NCBI RefSeq assembly: GCF_018143015.1
Contig: NC_054751.1
Location: 28,449,438-28,513,437, forward strand
DNA: 64,000 bases
From: Lytechinus variegatus
Taxonomy: Eukaryota
Direction: 5' to 3'
This document shows, in pieces, positions 38,289-51,252 of this stretch; within the stretch, counting starts at the first letter, position 1, and each line of letters opens with the position of its first letter. The notes under the pieces were generated by a model. That model had not been told where the DNA came from. It did not search any database and saw only the letters and a program-made list of their open reading frames with translations. A program made the translations under genes and the position numbers.

Positions 38289-39158
38289 GTAGATTTGTTT
38301 TTACTCTTTCAGTATCCATCAAGACCCCATGGTTGAATTTTAGCCATTTGTTATTTGCGGAATGTGTTATTTTCTCATTCTTGCAAATATGATTGTTGGT
38401 ATTTTCATAGGAGTGGTTTAGTTTGAACCAAGGTTCACTAAGACTATGCTTTTATGGTAAGCTGGAGTACCGACAAAATCTCAGAGAGACCCATACACAG
38501 TTGTACACTACACCTAAGCTGTTGAACCTGTTCATCCTGCATGCAAATCAATTCTTTTTTAGAACGAAAAGTATCACATATCACATGAAACTCGAGGGCT
38601 GAGGAAACCTCGGCGATGAAGCATGCATGGATGGTTGGTTAATTTCACCGTCATAGCATTATGTCGTCCAAATCAAAAGCTCCCAAAATTGAGGATTAGG
38701 ATTAAGGTTGGGGTAGGGTTGAGGTTAAGTTTCTATATTTGGCATTTGGTGCAGAATTAGCTTTGGTGCTATGGTCACTGAAAAAATGTTGTGGAACCAA
38801 TTACCCAAGGTCAGACCTGATATTTGAGGGAAAAAACAGAGTCAATTCCATCCATAATGAAATATATCACTAGTTTTGTAATCATCTTTCTCAGTCATGA
38901 TGTTCATAATTTTGCAATTATTTGACGTTCAGTCAGTATATCTTTTAGAGTTGACTTGTCCATGTATGTAAAGTATTCATGGTACGTAAGGTGGAATGCC
39001 AGCAATAGATTTGAGGTTTCAGATATTTTGCATCCACATTAATCCATTGTCAACTGTCTATACCCAAACACATTGCTGTGGATTTTGAAGGTATTATAAA
39101 AGCGGAATATCATTATTATATTGTGATATCATGTTTATGGTTCTGTTTTTGTTTGTAG

Positions 39159-39237
39159 TTTGAGCGAGGAAACTTGAAGGAAGAGAGTTCCATCTTCTCG
39201 GTGCCAGACTTCATTGGATTTGCCTGTAGAGAAGTTG
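39159..39237 (+). CDS. MVP: MVP exon 19 (tandem in-frame acceptors at 39158 and 39164)
   Basis: Acceptor tttgtttgtAG (an alternative TTTGAG lies 6 nt downstream); donor GTAAGC at 39238. FERGNLKEESSIFSVPDFIGFACREV matches KLFSVPDFVGDACKAIAS. Confidence 0.8.
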
Positions 39238-39727
39238 GTAAGCTACATGTATGATAATAGTTATTCTTATGCCTAGGAATAGATCATATCTAGATAATAA
39301 CAATATGCAACATCTATATAATACTTAATTCAATGTTTCTGAGCGCTGCATACTATTACCTTGGCTTTGGCAAGGCTACCCTGATGGAGTGTTCAAGTAT
39401 TCAAGGAATTTCTTCCTATTGGGTACCCATTTACTACACCTGGGTGGAGATTGACAAATATAGATAAATGCCTTGCCAAAAGAGACGAGTGCTGCGATGG
39501 GATTTGAATCCCGAACCTTATGGTTCAAAGGTTGATGGAGATATGGAGATATGTAATTGCTTATTATTTTTATTATTATTGCTCAAATAGTAATTATTAC
39601 ACATGTAACTAAATTGTGAATCTTGAAGGTGTTCTAATATATTGAGGGTTTTATAAAAAGCAAACCTATGGTCTTACAGGTTCCTTAACCCTTCATATAA
39701 TTATGGTATTTGATGTATATACTCTAT

Positions 39728-40027
39728 GGCCCGTATTCTGAAGTCAGGTTTAACTTAAACTCAGGTTTAAAGTTATGGAAAGCCAATAGTATCAAAGTTT
39801 TTATTAAGTTCTATGTTTCTTATGTTTACTGTGCTCTTTCCTGATTCATCGATGGTGAAGACAATAATTTATTTATACTTCCTACACAATTATAAATGAT
39901 TTGAGAGCCGAATGAGCTGGAGTATGATGTCTCTACTGTTAGTGATTATGTGACAATTGGCTGTCCATACTTAAACCACAACTTTAAACCTGAGTTTAAG
40001 ATAAACCCGACTTCAGAATATGGGCCC
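39728..40027. mobile_element. MITE (TIR GGCCCGTATTCTGAAGTC), MVP intron 19
   Basis: Inverted termini are at 39728 and 40010-40027. Subterminal ACTTAAAC/TTTAAACCTGAG repeats are present. The related family at 11215-11590 has TIR GGCCTGTATTCTGAGC. Confidence 0.65.
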
Positions 40028-40255
40028 ATGTATTTGCCCTATTGATGAATAAACCACAATACTTGGAATTGTGTTTCCTTACTGCTATATCAGATTAGCC
40101 TTGGGCAATCTTGTAGTTTGTCAGGAAGACTTTTTATAGAAAGTGTATCAAACATTTACACGAGACTGGAAATATTACATTTGTGTATATCATCACTTAA
40201 CTTTTTGGAGTCTGCTTCACTTGGTGTCTTGGTATTTCAATTTCTGTCCTAACAG

Positions 40256-40398
40256 GAAGTCGCATCCGTGGTGCCGTGTCAAGGGTCAAATTTGACGAGT
40301 TTCACCGTCACTCTATGGAGCTGTTGAAGACTGGCGTGTTCGGTTTGAATCCCGATAAGACTCCCAAAGATAGACTAGTCTTTAAAGCCAACAAACTG
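40256..40398 (+). CDS. MVP: MVP exon 20
   Basis: Acceptor tcctaacAG, donor GTAAGT at 40399. GSRIRGAVSRVKFDEFHRHSMELLKTGVFGLNPDKTPKDRLVFKANKL matches [30 protein letters not shown]. Confidence 0.92.
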
Positions 40399-41540
40399 GT
40401 AAGTTGTCATTGGGGGCATGTTGCGGGGTGGGGAGACGGGGTCAATTTTGGACTTGATTTGAAAAAAGGTCCGCTCTTGTATTGTGATTGATCATTGACA
40501 TATTGAAAATTGGTGCCGTTCATGTAGTCTATAACTTTCAACTTATTGAATAATAATTATGATGATTTGATTTATAGTTTGATTTTTATCCAAGAACAAA
40601 GGATACCAGTGTTTTATATATAAAATTTGTAGATCAGGGGAGGATTTCACAAAGAGTAAAGTGTGATGAAAAGTCTCTGCCGGAACGTGAGTCACATAAT
40701 CTGCCACAACTCAGTAGGTGTGGTTACTTCACATCATCTTCATTTTTTATGTTGTTTTTATCTGTTACTTCTTAGCAACACACTATGAGATATTCAATAA
40801 TCTATTGATGGCTTGAGGAATTCATTACACAACCAATCAAACACAACTCTCGAAACTTTATACTCAACTTGTTTTTCAAGAAATAAAAAACGTGTACTCA
40901 GAAATTGCACTTGATTTTTTCAGTTGCATTTATAAAGACAAGTCTTTCTGCAACGGCCCCCAGATTTGAAAATCAAGTTGCTGATAATTTCTAGAGTTCC
41001 ATCAGGGACTCAGTTTTAGCGAAAGCGATTGCTCGCTACCGCTCTCCTTAATCAATTTAAGTTAGAGCAATTTATCGCTCGCCTCAGCGAATTCAATGTT
41101 TTGTATTAAAACATAAAATGATTAATGCAGAGATGCACAAAAAAAGAAAGAAATCAAGCAGCATTATACACATTTGTATTATTTGTACATTCCATGTATA
41201 ATCTCTATTCTGGTATGACTTAAAGAGTGTCGGTTAATGATCAAACTGTTAGATCCAAACCTTGTAAAAACCTCATTCTAGGTCAAGGTTTTATAAACAA
41301 CACACAATTACACAATTAGCTATAAGCAGTAACATACATTACAACAGCGCCTGCATTACAAGAATGACAATAAAAAGTTCATTGAGATATATATTGCATA
41401 TTGACCCTTTATTTGATTAATTGTCTCCTTTGGTTATGGGTTGTATGATGATGCATAGAAAATGTGAAATGAACATATGAATAAAATCTTCACCCCTTGA
41501 ACCAGACATTCACCACTGCTCTCTGTATCCCTGTCCCTAG

Positions 41541-41641
41541 GTGATTACCAATGTTGACATCCAAGCCATAGAACCGGTGGATTCTACGATGAGAAACAGT
41601 CTTCTGAAATCAGTTCAGATGGCCATTGAAATCGCAACTCA
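41541..41641 (+). CDS. MVP: MVP exon 21
   Basis: Acceptor ctgtccctAG, donor GTGAGT at 41642. [33 protein letters not shown] matches [33 protein letters not shown]. Confidence 0.92.
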
Positions 41642-41649
41642 GTGAGTGA

Positions 41650-42256
41650 ACACAGTTTGCATACACGATCCAGGACCATGTTTCATGAAGACTTAGACCT
41701 TAATACATGTAAATTTCGCTGCTTTGCCGCCTTGCAAATTTTTTTTACCGCGCCACTTGCGCATCTTTTGAGACCAAATTTGCGTTGTTGTTTTAGATGG
41801 ATTTATTTTCTGTTATGTATGATGGAAAAGGGTCCCCGTCAAGGTTTATCCAAAAAACAAAAAACAGTTATGAAAAAACAAAGAAATACATAAGAATTAA
41901 AAAACAATAAAATACATAGGAAATTAATCATTTTGGGGGCAATTCTGTGTAGAGTTTTGTTAGAAATTAAAAAAAATTCATATGTTTACCAAAACTTAGC
42001 TTTCTCCTAATTATGTAAAGTAAGTTAAAGGCAAAAACATACAAAAAAAATAATTCAAGGCAAATTTCATATGCTTATTTGCATAATTAAATAATAAAAA
42101 AATATAAGTGATCAATTTTTTGAAAATTTAACTTTAGTCTTAGAGTTTACATCCGGCTATACGTGCATGCAAATTTTCGCGGCGATCTTGGCCGAGATCT
42201 GAGGGGGGTCAAACTGACCCCCCCCCCATAGGATATGTTGGTCCAAAATAGCCCAG
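41650..42256. mobile_element. Related MITE (3' terminus ...GGGGGGTCAAACTGACCCCCCCCCC...GGTCCAAAATAGCCCAG|TTAA) ending 31 bp before MVP exon 22
   Basis: The reverse complement of 42236-42256 is CTGGGCTATTTTGGAC, matching the family TIR core, followed by TTAA at 42257-42260. The subterminal region 42160-42230 resembles the 57700-57775 end. The 5' boundary is uncertain. Confidence 0.5.
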
Positions 42257-42287
42257 TTAAATATTCAATCACTTTTATCACCCATAG

Positions 42288-42468
42288 ATCTATTCAGAGA
42301 ACTGCCGGTCAAGATGCGGCCTGCAAAGAGCAGGAGGCTCAGGGACAGCTGGAGAGACAGAAGCTTACTAATGAACAGGAGAATGAAAAGGCTCGTACCT
42401 TGCTGCATGAGTTGAGAGCTAGCGCCAGCGCCGTGGAGTCGTGTGGACAGGCCAAAGCTGAGGCACAG
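42288..42468 (+). CDS. MVP: MVP exon 22 (start of coiled-coil cap helix)
   Basis: Acceptor cacccatAG, donor GTATGG at 42469. ...QLERQKLTNEQENEKARTLLHELRASASAVESCGQAKAEAQ matches [41 protein letters not shown]. Confidence 0.92.
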
Positions 42469-42628
42469 GTATGGCCAAGATTTACAATCAAATTATTCTT
42501 GAGATTCTTTCATTTCATTCAACTCTCCAATTAAATATATTCTTGAAGGACAGAAATTAACATTATGAAAGCAGGGGCAGAAGTCAGGCCATTTCTTTTT
42601 CGTTTCATTAAGGATTTTTTTAAAGTGC

Positions 42629-42850
42629 GGCTGTGTGTTTGCTCAGTTGGTAGAGCATCCCGTCTCACAAGCAGGAGGTTGGGAGTTCAAGCCCCGGCCA
42701 CATCAGACCAAGAGACGTTGAAATATTGGAGTTGCTGCTACACTGTTTGGCATTCAACCATCAAAGGGATAGAGCTACGTCGATCTAGCACTGCACAATG
42801 GCTGCGGGGCCCACGATCAATTGGGCAAAATAATTTTCGGGGTATTTCTA
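42629..42850 (+). mobile_element. tRNA-derived SINE, family C
   Basis: GGCTGTGTGTTTGCTCAGTTGGTAGAGCATCCCGTCTCACAAGCAGGAGGTTGGGAGTTCAAGCCCCGGCCACA is a tRNA-like head with D and T arms; non-coding tail follows. Confidence 0.7.
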
Positions 42851-44502
42851 TTTCATTGTTACCAGACTTCATTCACTGCTCAAGCGATGATAATATGAAA
42901 ATATTTTAGATCATTGAGAACTTTTCATGTGAACTAAAAAAAATAGACAGATTCTTTCAATAAGGTATGGGGAGTTGGACATACTTATTTTATGGAATCA
43001 CCCTATTGTTTAATAAGGCAGTCAAAGTATAGGAACATTGTTACATTTTCTGTGCAAAAAATAATAACATTGATGGGTTTTTGTAGTTAAAGATAAATTC
43101 CAGTGTTGGTAACGATCTCAAAATTACTTTTTACAGAATCTAATATAATGACCACCCAAGTGTCTGTTTGTATGAATAAAAAATATGTGCCAAAGGATTC
43201 TTGAAGAAATTGTGTAATTGCTGAGAAATAAGCAAAATAAGCGCGGATTCGGTCACTTCCGTCGGGTCTTTATTCCAGCAATAATAATACACTGTCCCAA
43301 GTGTTCCTATCTGTGTTGGTGATTTTCAGTGTGAACATTTTTCAGCGTAGATTTCACGATTCCACAAAGTTCAGTTTATGTAACTGTACCAGATCTAGAT
43401 CCTCGATGATATACTGACAATTAAGCCTGGATTTACAGACTTTCTCATGAAATCAGTGTTTACTGCAACTACTGGCATTTCTCTTTAAGATTAATAATAA
43501 TAATAATAATAATATTCCGCATTTATATAGCGCTTAATACATAGGAACGATGTCTCTAAGCGCTTTACAAACATATTATTACCCCGGTCATCGGATCCTT
43601 GCATGCCCGCATACAATGTATGCACCTTCTCCACTCCCTTTGGAGCATTCCAACAAGAGTTCCAAGACTCAATTGCTAGGCATACTACATATAGGCTTTC
43701 ACATCCTACCGGGTACCCATTTAACACCTGGGTGGAGAGTGGCAAAGTGTGGATTAACGCCTTGCCAAAGGACGCTAGGCCATGGTGGGATTCGAACACA
43801 CGACCCTCTGATTACAAGGCGAGAGTCAGAACCGCTACACCATGACGCTTCCACACAATTGATCAGATCAATTTCAACTCTTTATAAGATGGGCCTTAAA
43901 AAGAAGAATAAGAAGACATGTTATATAGTGGTGGTGCTAATTTCAGGGTTCCCGGCCCATCAGGGAAATCGGAAAGTTATTCTACTTTTTTTCCAGTCAG
44001 GGAAAAGTTGGGGACTTTGGTAAAAAAAATACCTCAAATCAGGGAAAAATGCCTCACATGAGGGAAAAATTAGGGAATTTTGTTCGGCTCAAAAGTCAAA
44101 AGCATGGTAATCAGTCAGACTCTGTTATATTTTGTTGCATATCAAAACAACCATTGAATGACTGTTATGGTGGTACTAATTAGTTTTACATTATTGCTTT
44201 TATACTGAAAATACATGTAATGCAATGCAGCAACTTAGAAAACGTGCAAAACTGGGAATAGGTGTAGATATCAGGGAATTTTGAAAATTCATCAGGGAAA
44301 AATCAGGGAATTTGGAAACTTCATCAGAAAAGCTTGGAACCTTGGATTTTGTTACCTGTTGCTGCCCGAAAGAAAGCATTCAGAGCTCTGAAGGCTTAAA
44401 GGCCTCTCAGAGGGACCTACATGTAGTAAGAAGATAAATGCCTTACCAAAGAGCACCAGCTCTAACAATAGTAACACAATATCAATGTAATCTTGTTTCC
44501 AG

Positions 44503-44694
44503 GCTCAAGCTGAGAGACTTCTGATTGAGGGTCACAGTGCCATCGAGTCAGCCAGACTCAAGGCAGAGGCCGAGGACATCTTATGCAACTCCGAGCTGGA
44601 CAACACCCAGATGGCTCGCCTGTCGGAACTGAACTTTCTAAAGGAGCAGAATGAACTGGAGATAGGCAAAACAAAGCAATTGGCAGATATTGAG
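44503..44694 (+). CDS. MVP: MVP exon 23 (coiled coil)
   Basis: Acceptor tcttgtttccAG, donor GTTAGG at 44695. AQAERLLIEGHSAIESARLKAEAEDIL...QLADIE. The heptad-rich sequence is consistent with the MVP cap helix. Confidence 0.85.
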
Positions 44695-45040
44695 GTTAGG
44701 ATGTACTCTATGAGGTCAGAGGTCAAGATATGTCAGTGATTTTCACTGGCTGTTTTGTTCTCGACCAATCAGATATAAGCCCTCACAGTAGTGTATTAGA
44801 TTACCCAGCATGCAATTTTTTCCAGGTGCTACCATGAGGCCAAGTTAAAGTGAATAAAGGGAACTTAAGCAAAACAGTACATGATGAAGCAGAAGCAGCA
44901 GAAGAAGAAGAAGGAGGAGGAGGAAGAAGGAGAAGAAGAGGAGGAGGAAGAAATAGAGAGAAGGAATGAGTGATGCTACTCAGTTTGTTTATCTAATAAT
45001 TTTAATGTTTTCTTATCAACCCCTCTACATTTTCATTAAG

Positions 45041-45121
45041 GTCGGAAAGTTTGCTGAAATGGTGAAAGCCCTTGGAGCAGAAACCATCATGGAGATGGCC
45101 AATGCTGGACCCAAATTTCAG
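45041..45121 (+). CDS. MVP: MVP exon 24
   Basis: Acceptor tttcattaAG, donor GTAAAG at 45122. VGKFAEMVKALGAETIMEMANAGPKFQ matches [26 protein letters not shown]. Confidence 0.9.
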
Positions 45122-46485
45122 GTAAAGACAATTGGTGACACTACCATAAATACCAGCAAAATTAATACAATGAGAGTGAGGAACAGAAATGGCCTTCTTT
45201 TTTATCCGGACAATGCATTTTTCCACAATTATGAGTAGTTGAAAGTGAACAAAATTATAAGACCAGTTTGTAGTTACCTCATGGACAATTTTGGTCAAAT
45301 GACCTTTCTTTTATTTCATTATGATAGGCAGATTTCAAAGCAAGATATTATTACGTAAGCTTGCCTAACATAGCATGATGAAGAAATTGAATAGACCAGC
45401 TAGGGCCCATAACACAAAACTTAGCAATGATCGTAGAACATTTTTCTATGATTGATCCCATAGACTACAATGTACAATCAATCGTAAAGATCAAGTGTAC
45501 GATCAATCTCTAACCTTTGTGTTACGGACCCTGGTGTCTAGAATAGCACATCAGTGAACACTCTATGAAGGTATTTGTTGTATTTCTACTTTGAATGCAT
45601 ATTTAGAGGATGTTGTACAATGTACATGGCAAACTGTGAAATATACCAGTCATTCGTGGACACATTTTTCTGTGTGGATGTATTTGAAAAACACAATTCA
45701 AAAGAATACATGAATAATCAAGACATCAAAGTTGGTGCTTATCTCATTGAATTTTAAACCACCACGTCACTTTAGTACAAATGACCTTCCTGTGAACATG
45801 CGCAGAATCTTCTGATCATGTGCAGAGTGGAACTATGAACTGTCTTATTGCATCAACTCCCCTCAGTCATCTCCACATTGCCCACTTGACTTTGGGAAAA
45901 AAAAATAGTTGCGTAAACCTTTGCAATCATTTTGATTTTGGCGATCCACTATATAATGATTAATATTATTGCCAAATTATTGCCAAATTTTAAACTTTTC
46001 AACTTTAATTACAAACGACACTTACTTTACACTGAGCAACCCCTTTCTCTTGACTTATAATTATAGCCTCTCCCTCTCTTTCCTCCTTCTTTCCTGTCCT
46101 GTCTTATGGTATATGGATGTATTTTTATGATTATGTATGTATTATGTTTTATGTCTTATGTATTACGTACTATGTGTACTTATGAATGTTATATTGGGCC
46201 ATCCAAACAAGCCTGTTGAGCTTTCATTTGGTCCACCACTATTTTAAAATGTATTTGTATATTGCTTTGTACATATTTTAATTTTGTGGAAATAAATGAA
46301 ATGAAATGAAATGAAACACGTCAAATAAACCCTGAACACATCATTTCATATTCACAAGCTGTTTGCAAGTGCATCAGGCTATGTGTATAATGTAGCCTTG
46401 TTGAAATTTATCCATATTGTGATGCAGTCATTATTATCATTATTATTACTCTCTTTAATTTTGCTATTGATTTTCTTGAACACAG

Positions 46486-46608
46486 GTTGAACTGCTGAGC
46501 AGCCTTGGGCTTGAGATGACGGTGTTCACCGATGGAAATAGCCCCATCAATCTCTTCAACGTTGCACAGGGTCTCATAGCTCAGCCCACACAAAGCGAAA
46601 GTGCTTAG
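46486..46608 (+). CDS. MVP: MVP exon 25 (terminal; stop TAG 46606-46608)
   Basis: Acceptor gaacac[42 protein letters not shown] matches [32 protein letters not shown]. The total CDS is 2586 nt and in frame across all 25 exons. Confidence 0.9.
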   Translation, partial: VELLSSLGLEMTVFTDGNSPINLFNVAQGLIAQPTQSESA

Positions 46609-48668
46609 TAAGTCACCGTGGATTATGCTTGAGAGCAGCTACACCATGTGTTGGGGGTAATACAATGTAGAAATATCATGCAAACGATGTTCCGGAAATG
46701 TTATTCGAGTGCATCACCAAAGTTTTCTTTGATCAGTTTACTTACCTGTAACAAGCTTGTGCAAATTTTCTCTAAGATTTACATTACATGTCTAGTGTCT
46801 TGAGTGAAACAATGAATCGAGAAACATCCTTGAAATGTGAGAATTACTTCCTTTGGCAGTATTCTGAAAATTATTTATCTTTCATTGTATCTTCATCGTC
46901 AGGATTGCCATAACTACTTTTGAAGTTGTAACTTTGATTTGTTGAGGTGTGCAACTTTGCACCCTAGGACCAGAAAGTGTGTGGTTTTGAACCAAAGACA
47001 TGCCTAATTTCAGGAGAGCATTTCAGATTTGTCCATGATTTTTTACCGACAATTGATATAAGCTACTGAAAATCATTAAACCGGATTGGATTGGCGAGGA
47101 GATAATTGGTGAGTTGAAATCACTGATAAAACTTAGATGACAAAGAAAAGGTAAACATGATTTTAGAATTTTCTTCCCTCTGCCTCATAGTGTTAAGGTC
47201 ACAATCAATTGTAATTATCAAACATATTATATCTTTGTTTTACCCCTTGAATTACAAATTGTGTTGACCATTACTTTCACTTGTACATACATCTATATGC
47301 AAATGTGACTATTGTGTACTTAATTCAACCCATTCCTTTTCAATTGAACTCTAAATGAATGCACAAAAAGAGATACTTTGAGTACAATACTTAGCTTAGT
47401 TCTGCTTTAAACATATACCAAGTAAATTTTTTTTTCATGATAGTGAGTTTGTATACATTATCTTTATTATCCATGTAGAAATTTGTTTAATATTTGGCTA
47501 ATAATGATAGTTTATCTGTCATATTGAATGACACTAAAGCTTTTTGTACATTAAGGAATATGCAATATTAAAAGATATATATTAACATGTAAATTATCTA
47601 TGGTAATGTAAAAAAAGATATTATAGTAGTGACAAAGCATCACATTTCCAACATCAGCACCTAAAGTTGTTGACTATTTTCCAAGAATGATGAAGTATTT
47701 CACTCCTTACATTGTATTTTTTATGCATTAATATAAGAGTAGAGAGGCCACTTTAACATGTCTTTCATGCCTTCTATTGCTTAATATATATATGATACTG
47801 TAAAATTAATGCCATGAAGGCAATATACAATGTTAGCTTTTATGTGTTGAGTCAAGTATTGCAGGTAATGTATTACTTTATAATGTTATATCGAGGGATG
47901 GTTAAGGGTACCCTTATGTATATTTTTTATGACTAAAAAAATTATCAAACCAATATTGGGAAAATCTTATTAGTGGGCAGTAAGCTTAGTGATTCAGCAA
48001 CACAGATTTGGTTTCTTGACTTACACAGTTACATACACTGGTAAACATGTTGATCGGAAAATTTGCTGCAAAATTGCAGTTTGTTCACTTTGATTCTGCA
48101 TGCGCTGCATGCAAAGAACATTCAAGCCATAAGATGCTGGGACCAACAGAGAATATGTGACTTTTTTTTAGAATAATGTCAAGATTAGCAATGAAATGAG
48201 TGCCCAAACAGAACAAATAATAGAGAGCTGTTTGAGATTTATATCAATTTATAATATATTATATTATTTATATATTTGATTATGTAAAACTAGAAAACAG
48301 AATTGTCAAATCATATATGTGACTAAAATTTTGAATTTGCTTATTTGGAATTTGAGATTCCTTAATATGGAATATATATAGTTATATAGTTATAGAAAAA
48401 ATAGATTTTAAATGAATTATAGATTCTAAAAGATTCTGATTTGTGTAATTTTCATACTTAAATTTAAAGTTTGAATTAAGTCCTATGCATCCAGTTATCT
48501 TCAAAGTTCTAGTTGTATACCAGCAAATTATTGTAGAAGAATTATACTTTAAGAATGAAATGCAGGGAGTTGTTTGAACTATTATTAATGCTTTATCAAT
48601 GATCCTGCATTATACATATTCTTTATTACCAATTTACCGTTTATTAGGTGCAATAGTCTATACTAGAA

Positions 48669-49015
48669 GCGTTGTGGTGTAGTGGTTCTGACTCTCGCCT
48701 TGTAATCAGAGGGTCGTGTGTTCGATTCCCACCATGGCCTAGCATCCTTTGGCAAGGTGTCAATCCACAATTTGCCACTCTCCACCCAGGTGTTAAATGG
48801 GTACCCGGTAGGATGTGAAAGCCTATGTAGAATGCCTAGCAAGTGAGTCTCTGAATTCTTGTTGGAATGCTCCCCAGGGAGTGGAGAAGGTACATACATT
48901 GTATGTGTGCATGCCAGTATCCCATGACCGGGGTAATAATATATCTGTTACGCTCTTAGAGACGTCGTTCCGATGTATTAAGCGCTATATAAGTGCGGAA
49001 TATTATATTATTATA
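48669..49015 (+). mobile_element. tRNA-derived SINE, family B
   Basis: Head GCGTTGTGGTGTAGTGGTTCTGACTCTCGCCTTGTAATCAGAGGGTCGTGTGTTCGATTCCCACCATGGCC is tRNA-like. An inverted copy lies at 43491-43853 (the ORF tracks there read through it). A tail fragment is at 15440-15590. Confidence 0.8.
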
Positions 49016-50879
49016 CGTGTAGTTATGATGAATATTATTTGTATGGTCAACAGTTGAATATTATTGGAAACATAATTATATTTGATATATAAATGAAATA
49101 AACATCTCTCAAAGAAGACAAATCCTTATTATTGTCCAGTGCTAAATTATATTTGCCATGAGATAGATTAAACTAAAGGGGTCATTTCTTGTGATTATAA
49201 AAACTGAAAGTGGTTGAATTTACACTGCCATTTTTCAACAAGGCAGTCCTACCATCAGCTGTTCCTAACTTTATTTTGTTTTTGTTCTTGCAAAATTACA
49301 AATAACCAATGGGTCGAGTCTATGAGAGGTGGTCCCCTCCAGCGGCCTAGTAACTCGGATGTACCGGCCTCAACTACATCCCTGGGAATAATCTGGATTT
49401 TCCAGGTCAGAACTTTGATTAAACAGTTCAAAACTTCCAAGGATTGCTTGCTTATGTATCGAGGTATTAATAACATTATTCTGTGCCTTCAATCTCTTGT
49501 TTCTATTTTTTCTTGTTTTTTTATTTTGCATATTCCTACCTCTGAATATAGAAATATAGTATAAATATTCTATCAAATACAAGAGTGGAATGTTAAATAA
49601 AATGGTTCAGTTTAATAGCACAAAGAGAGATCTAATAGACTATTTGATTGTCATTTTTTCATTTACAATATTACTTGTTTACAATATTATTTTTCTAATT
49701 TTTATCAGTGATGAATCGTTAATGATATTTTGATGTTATCAGACTCATTACTACTTATAAAATTTGAGAAATGTAATTTGTGTTATGTGTTGGAATCATG
49801 TATTTTCCATTCAAATTTGCCTTTGGCAAAAATATATATATTTAGAGTGCCAGTATATAGTTTTGATTATGAATACATTTCAAGTTTACTATATTGGTTT
49901 TTTTTTTCTTTGTCAGTGAAATTATACTAACATTTATACTAACATTTGAGTGACTTGTAAGAGGAATTATAAGTGGAAAATAGAAAAGTGGAAAAATGCC
50001 AACTTACAACCAATGGACTCTGGGAATTTGGAGGTGTTTAATGTAATATATCCAAGGCCTCCAAGAAGTTGTTTGTACCCCCCCCCTCCCCCTCTCTGAA
50101 TGTTGAAGTCTTAATACATTATACAAACATGAATTATACATACACCTGATATACAGTAAACTCAAATGACAAATTTTTCACAGAAATCATATTCTATAAG
50201 AAACATCTTTGTGTTTATTACAGTAAATGCCAGGAATCAATAAATAGCATCTACGATTGTGGAGGTCGAGTACAAGGGCAAAATTTGGGCAGAGAAATTG
50301 CCTGTAAAACCCACCGCACACTACATGATCCAACTACGATGCATTTTCTTTTAAACAATCACATTCTGTATCAAAAACAATACAATGATATTTTAGTTCT
50401 AAGAAAACCTAAAATAATATATGACATTCAAAATAATGCTAGGAATACTACTAACAGAATTCTCCTATGCTGCTAGCACTGAGGTCGGAGTAAAGTCCCA
50501 AATCTGGTTTCTAGCTGCATGCAGTCGATGACTTCATTACGATTTGGAATTGAATTTGCTTTTATTCGTACAGGGGGGCTCTAAATAGACTGTAATTTTC
50601 ATGTCTTGTGGGTGTTTCATAAAGCTGTTCGTAAGTCAAGAGCGACTATAAGAACGACTGGTGATCCTTTCTTGTGGCGAATGGTATATTCATTAGCGAT
50701 GCTTCTGCGCGTAAGAAAGGATCCCCAGTCGTTCTTAAAGTCTCTCTTGACTTACAAACAGCTTTATGAAACGGCCTCCAGTATTCTTACCACATTCCAA
50801 AATTTCATTCCCATCCTAAGAAACCAAGATTTTATAGGTGGGAATGGAATGTTCAAATTAAATGTTATTTAGAGAACCG

Positions 50880-51252
50880 TAGTGATGACATCACAAAAAA
50901 CCTTTTTTGCATTTTAGCGTTTTTGTTACCATATTTTGTTAGAGCATGATCAAAAGCCCCCACTATCAAAATTTGGTGGGAATCGGTCCATGGGGGCCTG
51001 AGATATGACCTCATGAATACATAATTAGCCTCAATTAAGTCAATAACCTGGTTGGTTCATAACTTTCAGAACCAGGCCAATAATACATTTACTTCAATGG
51101 GGCTAATTATGTATTCATGAGGTCATATCTTAGGGCCCCAATGACCGATTCCCACAAGATTTCGGTAGTGGGGATTTTTCACCATGCTCTATTAAAATAT
51201 GGTATCAAAAACGCCAAAATGCAAAAAACGAAAAGTGATGACGTCACACTTC
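50880..51252. mobile_element. Near-perfect foldback (hairpin) element, about 370 bp
   Basis: GTGATGACATCACAAAAAACC...GGTCCATGGGGGCCTGAGATATGACCTCATGAATACATAATTAGCC is mirrored by GGCTAATTATGTATTCATGAGGTCATATCTTAGGGCCCCAATGACC...GTGATGACGTCACAC. The central loop is about 75 bp. Confidence 0.75.

Noticed and set aside
43550-44023. 157-aa plus-strand ORF, with an overlapping 102-aa minus ORF
   Set aside because: It runs through an inverted tRNA-derived SINE (43491-43853). The same reading frames recur in the SINE copy at 48669-49015 (ORFs 48663-48899 and 48815-49057), so they are repeat-derived.
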